From NCBI GenBank assembly GCA_947581765.1, contig CANPVU010000004.1:1-61577 (forward strand): DNA of 61,577 nt, in the 5' to 3' direction. The notes under the pieces are model-generated. The model was given only the letters and a program-made list of their open reading frames with translations. It ran no database searches and was not told where the DNA came from. The DNA is from an uncultured Bacilli bacterium. Lineage in GTDB: Bacteria > Bacillota_I > Bacilli_A > RF39 > UBA660. The position numbers and the translations under genes were made by a program. Positions 19,424 to 27,876 of the stretch are shown here, one piece after another (within the stretch, counting starts at the first letter, position 1; every line of letters starts with the position of its first letter).

Positions 19424-20560
19424 TTATATCATTATCTTGTAGATAAAATCAACTATGTTCTTAGTTGCTCCATTACTTGGAGTAACGTATTTATCACTAA
19501 ATTTCTTTAATTTTGTATAATCATAATTATTCTTTTCTATATCATTTATTATATCTTTTGGATCTTTTGAAATTACACCAGGTAACTCTTTATAATAATC
19601 AATAGCAAGTCCCCTTTTATCTAAATATGTATCCATATCAAAATTATAAAAGTAAAGTGCTATATTTTTTACTGCTGCTTCATATATAACACATGAATAA
19701 TCACTAATTACATAATCAGCTATACTAAGCATATCAAAAGTTGAAAACTTATTATCTACTATTACACATTTATTTTCAATATCAATATTTGTTTTAGATA
19801 AAGGATGTAATTTTAATATTAAGTTATACTTATCTAAATCTACGCTTTTTATTAATTTATTAAGTGCTTCTTCAAATCCACATTCATACTTTCTAAATGT
19901 TGGACAATATAATATATTCTTTTTCTTTTTTAATATTGGATAAACACTTTCTATATTATCCTTACACTTTTTATCATAATTTTTATCTTTTAATAAATCA
20001 TATCTTGGTAATGGATATGTAAGTATAATATCAGGATTACAATTAAATCCACTTGCTAAATGAGATTTATATGCATCACTACTTGCAAATATATAATCAT
20101 AATTTTTATGCATTTTCATAGCATACGCTATCTTTTCATTACTTCCTTCATTAAGTCCTAAAACAGCATATCCAAATTTCTTCATTGTACCCATAGAATG
20201 CCATATCTGTACTATCTTAAGCCTTTTTTTATGTTTTAATATAGATATTACCATACAATAAGTATCTAATATAACTACTTTAGATGTAGCTATATTATAC
20301 ATTTGTCTAAACATATGAAATACATATTTTATTTTATTTAATAATGTAGAATTTATACCACCATCTAACTGATGTGCTAAAACTACTACTTTAATATCCT
20401 TATCACGTTTTTCTATTTCTTCTCTGATTAGTCTAAAATCCATTGGTTCATCATTACTTTGTCTACTAATCATGGTAATTTTATTTTTAGTAGGTATTAG
20501 TTTAATAAATAAATAAATTATATTTAAAAACAATGTACCTATTTTTATTATTAGTACCAT
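19424..20560 (-). CDS. CDP-glycerol/ribitol glycerophosphotransferase (TagB/TagF family)
   Basis: QIWH, PRYD, ILYCPTFR, KLHP and SDYS motifs. Confidence 0.9.
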   Translation of the reverse strand: MVLIIKIGTLFLNIIYLFIKLIPTKNKITMISRQSNDEPMDFRLIREEIEKRDKDIKVVVLAHQLDGGINSTLLNKIKYVFHMFRQMYNIATSKVVILDTYCMVISILKHKKRLKIVQIWHSMGTMKKFGYAVLGLNEGSNEKIAYAMKMHKNYDYIFASSDAYKSHLASGFNCNPDIILTYPLPRYDLLKDKNYDKKCKDNIESVYPILKKKKNILYCPTFRKYECGFEEALNKLIKSVDLDKYNLILKLHPLSKTNIDIENKCVIVDNKFSTFDMLSIADYVISDYSCVIYEAAVKNIALYFYNFDMDTYLDKRGLAIDYYKELPGVISKDPKDIINDIEKNNYDYTKLKKFSDKYVTPSNGATKNIVDFIYKIMI

Positions 20561-20679
20561 ACATACCTCCTAAATTAATTATACATCTATTAAAAGACAC
20601 ATTCAATATAAAAGTTATTTTATTTTTTTTCTAACATTATAAATTTAATAGTAAAAAAAAAATTGGAAAAATCCAATTT

Positions 20680-21228
20680 TTACATATTTTGATTAGTATT
20701 ATATTGATTATTTACATTTGAATTATTGTTGTCTGAATCAGCATTATTTGTATAACTAGTAAACTTATCTATAAATTCATTAATTTTATTTGATATAAAA
20801 TTAGGTTTTTGTAATTTTCCAGTTAATATACCAAAAATAAATCCAAATCTAACAAAAGTTATAAGATAATTTACTATATTATCAGCGATTGATGCTAATG
20901 AATTAACAGGATTTAATAAATAATTTTCAAATTTAGAAATATTAATTTTACTATCATATTCTAAATATCCATTAATTACACCTATTAAATCAGTTAAACT
21001 CTTAGTTATCAATTCTATACCATCTACAATTAATCCCCATGCTAGTGAAAATAATGCAACTCCAGCAGTAAATGTTATAACTTTAACCATTACATTTTTA
21101 ACACTATCTTCAATTTCGCAAAATAATAGCATTAAAGCACATACTATAAGTAATGTTTGCCATCCTGCGAACATTGATGCAACAATAATTAACGATGCTA
21201 ATCCAGATTTAATTTTAACCCTACTCAT
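20680..21228 (-). CDS. Hypothetical membrane protein
   Basis: 182-aa ORF with GAGGAG RBS and ~3 hydrophobic segments. Confidence 0.7.
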   Translation of the reverse strand: MSRVKIKSGLASLIIVASMFAGWQTLLIVCALMLLFCEIEDSVKNVMVKVITFTAGVALFSLAWGLIVDGIELITKSLTDLIGVINGYLEYDSKINISKFENYLLNPVNSLASIADNIVNYLITFVRFGFIFGILTGKLQKPNFISNKINEFIDKFTSYTNNADSDNNNSNVNNQYNTNQNM

Positions 21229-21284
21229 AAAAATCTCCTCTCTATTTTAATTATACATCTTTTATTTTTTTTGTAAAGAATAAA

Positions 21285-23174
21285 TTAACTTATATAAAAA
21301 GTTTCATATGCATTATTTTCATATGTATTATCTTCATAATGCCACCATTCTGATTTTAAAGTACTAAATCCTGATTGTGTCATATAACTACTTAATTCAC
21401 GATTGACGTCGAACCCTTTACCAGTAGAATATAAAGATCTTGTATCAAGAGTATGCATTGTTGATTGTGCTGCTAGTTCATTACCATTTCTATCTGTTAA
21501 TGCAAGATCAAGTGCTATAGCTTGGCAATGTCTTGATGTTCCAGTTTTTGTCATGAACCAAGTCCAACCCCAATAATTTCCTTTAGAATCATAATCTACC
21601 ATTTTTTTGACTGCACTATCAGAGTTATATAGTGCTTTATATTTTGCAGTAACTAATTCTTCTACTGGACGTGGACGATATGTATCATATACTTTAAAAC
21701 TTCGTCCATTTTTTGATGCTAAATTATAAGCATTTTGGAATTTTTTTGCAACTGGATATAATAATGGAGCATAAAAAGTAGATTTTCCTATTTTAGCATT
21801 ATATTCCTTATTAAATCTATATAATTTTTGGCCTGTAATACCTGGAATATTTTTACCTCCTGCTTTAAAAATAGATGAATATGCATTAGTTATATCATAT
21901 ATTACATCTGGTATTATATCTGGTAGATTAATAAATATATAATTTGAATATACATATCCAATTTGTCCACCATATTCTATCTTTATATAGCTTCCGCTTT
22001 CTCCACCTACTATTTTCATTTTAGCACCTTCTGGTACTGTTCCTAATATTGCAGATTTACCATTACCTTGTTGTCTTATATTTAATTTTTGATTAGCCCA
22101 TGCACGTGCACCATATAATGTAGCACTAAACGTACCTATTTTATCCTGAGCTACTCCATTTGCATCTAAGTATATATAATTTACATATGTATCCCTTTGG
22201 ATTTGTCCATTTACATAGTAATATTTCTTTCCACCTTCAGTATACCATCCATTTTTAGGTTGGGGATTTACTACTACTACACATCCTACACTTTTTCCAT
22301 TACTAGAATGCGCTCTTATAATAGTAGTGCCCGTTTTTAAACCAGTTATTTTACCACCAGATACAGATGCTATAGCAGGATTATCACTTGTCCAAGTAAT
22401 AGTTTTATTTGAAGCGTTACTTGGTAATACTGATGCTGTTATAGTAGCACTACTTCCTTGTTGTAATGTTAATTTTGTTTGACTAATAGATATTGAACTA
22501 ACCGCTACACTACTAGGTACTTTACTACTATTATTTGAAGTAGGTGAACTACTTACAGTTGGTGGAAGCGGTGTTGATGGGATAGTAGAATTTGAAATAG
22601 ATGATTTAGATAAAACTTGTAATCTTACTGTTGAAACACCAGCACCTTCTACTTTAATTGTAATATCACTTACACCAGGACTAATACCATATAAAGTACC
22701 ATCTTTTGATGCAATTACTACACTTGGATTACTAGAACTATATGATATATTTTGTATAGTAGCATTATTTGGATAAATAGTTACATTAGCATAAGTTTTT
22801 CCACCTACATATATCTTATTGTTTGTAACTTCAGTAATAAAATATGAAATTGGTACACCTTTAGTTTCATTACTATTGTTTGATGTACTAGTACTATTAG
22901 AATTACTTGTTTGTTCCTGAATATTACTTGTTTGCTCCTGAAAATTGCTTGTTACCATTATAACTTGTTCTGATTCATCTGATTTTAAATTTTCATCATA
23001 GCTAGAATCATCTACTGTTTCGTTTAAATTACTTTCTTGAACATTTGACCCATCTGAAATTTCATCAGTTTCTTTCTTTTTGTCACCGCCAAAATCAAGA
23101 GTAGCAACTAAAAATACGCTTACTATTATAAATATAAAAAATATTCCAACTATAATACCTTTTTTATTCTCCAT
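21285..23174 (-). CDS. Membrane-anchored modular D-Ala-D-Ala peptidase (Big_2 x2, SH3b, M15/VanX-like domain)
   Basis: N-terminal TM; Ig-like PSNASNKTITWTSDNP repeats; SH3b-like LNIR...GYVYSNY; YDTYRP, SRH....LD and EWWHY zinc-peptidase motifs. Confidence 0.8.
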   Translation of the reverse strand: MENKKGIIVGIFFIFIIVSVFLVATLDFGGDKKKETDEISDGSNVQESNLNETVDDSSYDENLKSDESEQVIMVTSNFQEQTSNIQEQTSNSNSTSTSNNSNETKGVPISYFITEVTNNKIYVGGKTYANVTIYPNNATIQNISYSSSNPSVVIASKDGTLYGISPGVSDITIKVEGAGVSTVRLQVLSKSSISNSTIPSTPLPPTVSSSPTSNNSSKVPSSVAVSSISISQTKLTLQQGSSATITASVLPSNASNKTITWTSDNPAIASVSGGKITGLKTGTTIIRAHSSNGKSVGCVVVVNPQPKNGWYTEGGKKYYYVNGQIQRDTYVNYIYLDANGVAQDKIGTFSATLYGARAWANQKLNIRQQGNGKSAILGTVPEGAKMKIVGGESGSYIKIEYGGQIGYVYSNYIFINLPDIIPDVIYDITNAYSSIFKAGGKNIPGITGQKLYRFNKEYNAKIGKSTFYAPLLYPVAKKFQNAYNLASKNGRSFKVYDTYRPRPVEELVTAKYKALYNSDSAVKKMVDYDSKGNYWGWTWFMTKTGTSRHCQAIALDLALTDRNGNELAAQSTMHTLDTRSLYSTGKGFDVNRELSSYMTQSGFSTLKSEWWHYEDNTYENNAYETFYIS

Positions 23175-23281
23175 ACACTCACCTCTACTATTCTTAATTT
23201 AACACAAATATTCATTTTTTACAATACAAAAAATTATTAATGGATGAATAAAATTTTATAGAAATGTACATAAAAAATTAG

Positions 23282-24763
23282 GTGATAATTATGAAAAGCC
23301 TATGGCTAGAAAATATTAAAGTTAATGATATTAAAAAGCTAAATAAAAATATTAAAACTGATATATTAATTATTGGTGGTGGTATTACCGGTATAACAAC
23401 AGCATACGAGTTAATCAATAAAAACTTAAAAATAACATTAGTTGATCAAAATTTAACAGGTCATGGAATAAGCAGTAAAACTACAGGCAAATTAAATTAT
23501 CTTCAAGAAACAATATATACTGATTTATTAAATACATATAATCTAAATACTGCAAAATTATATTTAAAATCTCAAAGGGATGCTATTAAAGAAGTAGAAA
23601 AGATTATTAATTATAATAATATTGATTGTGATTTTAACTGGGTAGAGTCCTTTGTTTTTACAGATAAAAATGAAGACATTTCAAAACTAAAAAAAGAAAA
23701 AAGAATATTAGAAAAACTTGGAGTAAAAGTATATGAACATGATAATATAAATATTAATCTTGAATGTTTATACGCTATTAGCGTAAAAGATACTGCAATA
23801 TTTCATCCAATTAAATACATACTTAAACTAAGAGAAATATGTAAAAATAATAATATAGATATATATGAAAATACTAAAATAATAAACTTAGAAAAGAAAA
23901 CTAATTACTATGTAGCACATACAAATAAATTTAAAATAGAAGCAAAAAAGATAGTAATTGCTACCCACTATCCATTTTTTATATTACCATTTTTTATGCC
24001 TATTAAAACATATATAGAAAAATCATATATTATTGCAGATAATATAAATGATTATTATAAAACAACATATATTACAGCATCTAATCCTTGTAAATCTATA
24101 AGATATCATAAAGATAATAAAAACAATTATATGATATATCTTAGTAATTCACATAAAATATGTAATAATATAAATGAAAAGAAAAACTTTGATAAAACAA
24201 TTAAAGAAGCGAATAAACTAAATTTAAAAGATACTTATATATGGTCTAATGATGACTTAATAACTTATGATAAAATGCCTTTTATAGGAAAAATAAATAA
24301 CGATGATAATCTACTTATAGCAACCGGGTATAATACATGGGGAATGACTAATGGTACTATAGCAGGTATTATATTAAGTGATATATTACTTGGCAAAAAT
24401 AATATTTATGAAAAAATTTTTAATCCTAATAGACATACTATTACTAAACTTACTAAATACCCTATTAATCTTATGAATAATATGATTGGATTTTATAGGA
24501 CAAAATTTAATAAACAAAAGACCTGGTATCCTAATAATATTATATTTACTAAAATTAATGGTAAACAAGTAGGAATATATAAAGATAATAATGATATAAG
24601 TCATATAGTATATAATAAATGTCCTCATATGGGATGTAGTTTAATATTTAATGAAATAGAAAAGACATGGGATTGTCCATGTCATGCATCAAGATTTGAT
24701 ATAGATGGTAAATGTATTAAAGGTCCTAGTAAATATAATATTACTTTTAAAAATAATGATTAA
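23282..24763 (+). CDS. FAD-dependent oxidoreductase with C-terminal Rieske domain (YhfW-like)
   Basis: IIGGGITG, ATGYNTWGMT, CPHMGC and WDCPCHASRF motifs. Confidence 0.9.
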   Translation: MIIMKSLWLENIKVNDIKKLNKNIKTDILIIGGGITGITTAYELINKNLKITLVDQNLTGHGISSKTTGKLNYLQETIYTDLLNTYNLNTAKLYLKSQRDAIKEVEKIINYNNIDCDFNWVESFVFTDKNEDISKLKKEKRILEKLGVKVYEHDNININLECLYAISVKDTAIFHPIKYILKLREICKNNNIDIYENTKIINLEKKTNYYVAHTNKFKIEAKKIVIATHYPFFILPFFMPIKTYIEKSYIIADNINDYYKTTYITASNPCKSIRYHKDNKNNYMIYLSNSHKICNNINEKKNFDKTIKEANKLNLKDTYIWSNDDLITYDKMPFIGKINNDDNLLIATGYNTWGMTNGTIAGIILSDILLGKNNIYEKIFNPNRHTITKLTKYPINLMNNMIGFYRTKFNKQKTWYPNNIIFTKINGKQVGIYKDNNDISHIVYNKCPHMGCSLIFNEIEKTWDCPCHASRFDIDGKCIKGPSKYNITFKNND

Positions 24764-24850
24764 TTATTAATTAAATTTTTAACTTGATTATCGTTTTATA
24801 CTATATTAAAATGTATTTATTAAGAGGAATCTCTAATATAATAAAAAGGA

Positions 24851-24922
24851 ACATTCAGTTCATTCTGAATGTCTACCTCATTTGTGGTTGGACATTTAAT
24901 CCTAAGATTAGATGTCTTTTTT
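24851..24922. terminator. Pair of hairpins, likely terminators for the convergent yhfW-like gene and the spoVE 3' end
   Basis: ACATTCAG/CTGAATGT stem preceded by an A-tract; GACATTTAATC/GATTAGATGTC stem followed by T6. Confidence 0.6.
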
Positions 24923-24925
24923 CTA

Positions 24926-25024
24926 TTAACTAGTATATCTAGATATATTAAGTAATACTCCTATACTAATCATAGTAATAAGTAAACTAGAACCTCCATA
25001 ACTTAAAAAAGGTAATGTAACACC
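24926..25024 (-). pseudogene. spoVE: Detached 3' fragment of the spoVE/ftsW SEDS gene
   Basis: Minus strand reads [32 protein letters not shown], the conserved SEDS C-terminal motif plus last TM helix that is missing from the ORF at 52122-53108. Confidence 0.93.
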
Positions 25025-25050
25025 CGTTATAAATTAAGAGTAAAAAAAAT
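25001..25050. other. Recombination junction (att site) at the left end of the element; core GGT at 25022-25024
   Basis: Minus strand TAACGGGT|GTTACA here versus TAACTGGT|AATACA at the right junction; ~70 bp from the recombinase stop. Confidence 0.8.
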
Positions 25051-25095
25051 TCATATGATACAAGTAAAAAATAAGAAAAAAATTATTAAAAAAAA

Positions 25096-26706
25096 TCATC
25101 TAACAAAACTAGATATTTCATTAAAATTAAAGAATAATTTAACATTTTTATCATTGTCTATTTCCACTCTATTTACTAATTCTAAAATAATATTGCGAGA
25201 TGGATGTTTAAATGTTAAAAACTTTTTAAGACATCTAGCACATGAATCATAATCTAATTTTTCAACTTTTTCCAACATTGTATTTTTATCATCTTCTAAT
25301 TGAATCTTTTTATTTGTTGCATTCTTCAATTCATTATCATATTTTTTTAATAAATTATCAAAAATATTTTCAGGAATTTTATTTTCTACTTTATCCATAT
25401 ATAACTGTTCTATAGCAGTATCATATTTTGATATTTCCCTATTAAGCAAATCAATAGATGTTTGTATACTAGTAATTTCTTCTTGTAATATTAAATTAGC
25501 TTCTTCGGTCAAAGATTTAGCATCATATTCTTTTAAAAATTCACTTGCTACATTAGTAATAATATTTATTAAATCTTCTTCCAACAAATTATAATTAATT
25601 CGATGAATATTGCATACTCCATATCTACCCTTTTTTGTATATTGACTACATTGAGTATAATGGGAATTATTACCTTTATTTTTTTTCTCCAAAATTGTTA
25701 ATTTATGCCCACATTCTTTACAAATTAATAAACCACTAAATAAATATTTATCCTTATTTTTCCGGTTGTATTTTACTTTGGCATTTGTTCTTAAAATATC
25801 TTGTACTTCATTGAATGTATTTTTATCAATTATAGGTTCATGCATATCCTCCACTATGATATAATCTTCCGGTGAATTTGAATGTATTTTTTTTGAGTTA
25901 TATCGAGTTTTTTCAAACATATTCTGGACCATATTTCCTATATACATTTCACTTGTTAAAATATCTCTTATAGTTTGATGTCTCCATATACCATAACCAT
26001 CATTTTCCTTAACTGCTGCCCCTCTTGGCTCTTTTTTATATACTATTGGTATAGGAATTTTTTCTTCTGTTAAAATATTTGCAATAGAATAACAACTATA
26101 TCCTTCAAGTGCCATTTTAAAAATTCTTTTAACAACTAATGAAGCAATTGGATCAATTATTAAATGATTATGATTATTTGGATCTTTTAGAAATCCATAT
26201 TTTGGAATTGAACCTATATAATCACCATTAATTTTTTTTGCTTTTAATGCTGATTTTACTTTTTTTGATATATCTCTTAAATAATAATCATTAAAGGCTA
26301 ATTTCATAGAAATCATGTTATCATTATCGTTTAATGAATCATAACCATCATTTATTGCAATATACCTAACACCTTTGTCTTTAAAATAATCCTCTATATA
26401 AGTTCCTGTTTGATATAATTCCCTACCTAATCTTGAGAAGTCCTTTGTAATTACACAATTAATTTTTCCACTTTCAATATCTTCAATCATTCTTTTAAAT
26501 GCTGGCCTATCAAAATTACTACCAGAAAAACCATCATCGACATATTCTTCTACTAATTCAATATTTTGAAATTTACAAAAAGATTCAATAATCATTCTTT
26601 GACTTTCTATAGAAATGCTTTCATCACTTTTTAAATTTTTTGCATCCTCTTTAGACAATCTTAAATAATCACCACTTTTGTATTTTTTACTCATAACGTT
26701 GAACAA
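25096..26706 (-). CDS. Large serine recombinase (resolvase + recombinase + zinc ribbon + coiled coil; TndX/TnpX-like)
   Basis: YLRLS catalytic Ser, DDGFSG..FDRP, KDFSRLGR, SGLLICKECG; intact ORF. Start may be ATG at 26694. Confidence 0.95.
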   Translation of the reverse strand: MFNVMSKKYKSGDYLRLSKEDAKNLKSDESISIESQRMIIESFCKFQNIELVEEYVDDGFSGSNFDRPAFKRMIEDIESGKINCVITKDFSRLGRELYQTGTYIEDYFKDKGVRYIAINDGYDSLNDNDNMISMKLAFNDYYLRDISKKVKSALKAKKINGDYIGSIPKYGFLKDPNNHNHLIIDPIASLVVKRIFKMALEGYSCYSIANILTEEKIPIPIVYKKEPRGAAVKENDGYGIWRHQTIRDILTSEMYIGNMVQNMFEKTRYNSKKIHSNSPEDYIIVEDMHEPIIDKNTFNEVQDILRTNAKVKYNRKNKDKYLFSGLLICKECGHKLTILEKKNKGNNSHYTQCSQYTKKGRYGVCNIHRINYNLLEEDLINIITNVASEFLKEYDAKSLTEEANLILQEEITSIQTSIDLLNREISKYDTAIEQLYMDKVENKIPENIFDNLLKKYDNELKNATNKKIQLEDDKNTMLEKVEKLDYDSCARCLKKFLTFKHPSRNIILELVNRVEIDNDKNVKLFFNFNEISSFVR

Positions 26707-26760
26707 ACCTCCTCTTTTATCACATCATGAGTCCTTGATATCTCTATAATTATATCATAT

Positions 26761-26925
26761 CTAGGCAATAATTTTATCATTTGATTCATAATTTTTTCCT
26801 TTTTTTAAATCTTTTAGATATATATAAAAATTATCCTTAATAATTTGTTTAACGTCTTTTCCAGTATCAATAAATTGAAGATCTATCTTATAGTGTAAAT
26901 TTAAATTTTCTATGATTTTTTTCAT
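26761..26925 (-). CDS. Small protein upstream of the recombinase (TnpW-like; candidate recombination directionality factor)
   Basis: 54 aa with GGAGGTG RBS. YKIDLQFIDTGKDVKQII resembles small proteins found before TnpX-type recombinases; function inferred from position. Confidence 0.5.
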   Translation of the reverse strand: MKKIIENLNLHYKIDLQFIDTGKDVKQIIKDNFYIYLKDLKKGKNYESNDKIIA

Positions 26926-27018
26926 GAGTCCACCTCCATTTAATTTTATTGTCATAACTATTTATTAATTCATAAAAAAAAGAACTGATTTTGTCAGCTC
27001 CTTTAGTTAAAAAGATAA

Positions 27019-27528
27019 TTATAATGTTTTTTTAAACTCTAATATTAATTTTGCTATATCAAAATCACTATTTTCTGATCCAAGTACAGCTATATTCATC
27101 CAATCTTTAAAATATGTTTCATTATTATATCTAGTTATTAATTCACTAAATACATCTAATTTTTCTTCAAAGTTTAACTTTTCAAATTGTGAAATTATTA
27201 ATTTTTCATCACTATCAAAAACAAGACCCATTACGCTACCATTTTCTTCATACAATTCATTAGTATTAGTCATACGATAATAAAGCATTATATTAAATTG
27301 TAAAAATATAGTACATACGTTGGATTCAAATCCAATAGATTCTAAATTAAAAATTATTAAATCATCATCTTCAACTAAATTAGGATTAATCTCATTTTTA
27401 TTGTTAATTTGGTTATTGTTTAATAAATCAAATAAGTATAATAAAATTTTCATTTTACTCTTATCTTCTTTGTTGTCTAATTTATCGAATAATTTTCTAA
27501 CATTTTCAGTTGTGTCAGTAATATACAT
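27019..27528 (-). CDS. Hypothetical protein
   Basis: 169-aa ORF with strong AAGGAGG RBS. Confidence 0.7.
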   Translation of the reverse strand: MYITDTTENVRKLFDKLDNKEDKSKMKILLYLFDLLNNNQINNKNEINPNLVEDDDLIIFNLESIGFESNVCTIFLQFNIMLYYRMTNTNELYEENGSVMGLVFDSDEKLIISQFEKLNFEEKLDVFSELITRYNNETYFKDWMNIAVLGSENSDFDIAKLILEFKKTL

Positions 27529-27876
27529 AAATATTCCTCCTTAGTTATTTTTTACTTAAATAAATAATTTATTTAAGATTCTATCTTCTATATATCAACT
27601 AATATTTCTTTAATTATTATAATTTTTCTTATATAACTTATTATTAAGTGCAAATAATATAGAAAAATTTTTTTGAATAATTATTGTATTGTGGTTTTAA
27701 CCATATTTAAGCCGTTTTAAGAGGTTTTATAATTTTATGCTTATAGCTCATCAACCCCAAATATCAAGTTTAATACCGATTAAATTAGATATATTTAACG
27801 GCTTTTTTTCTTCGTTCCATTTATCACTTAAAAAAGTAGATTTTGCAAGAGTTTTTTTTAAAAATCTTAAAAAGTT

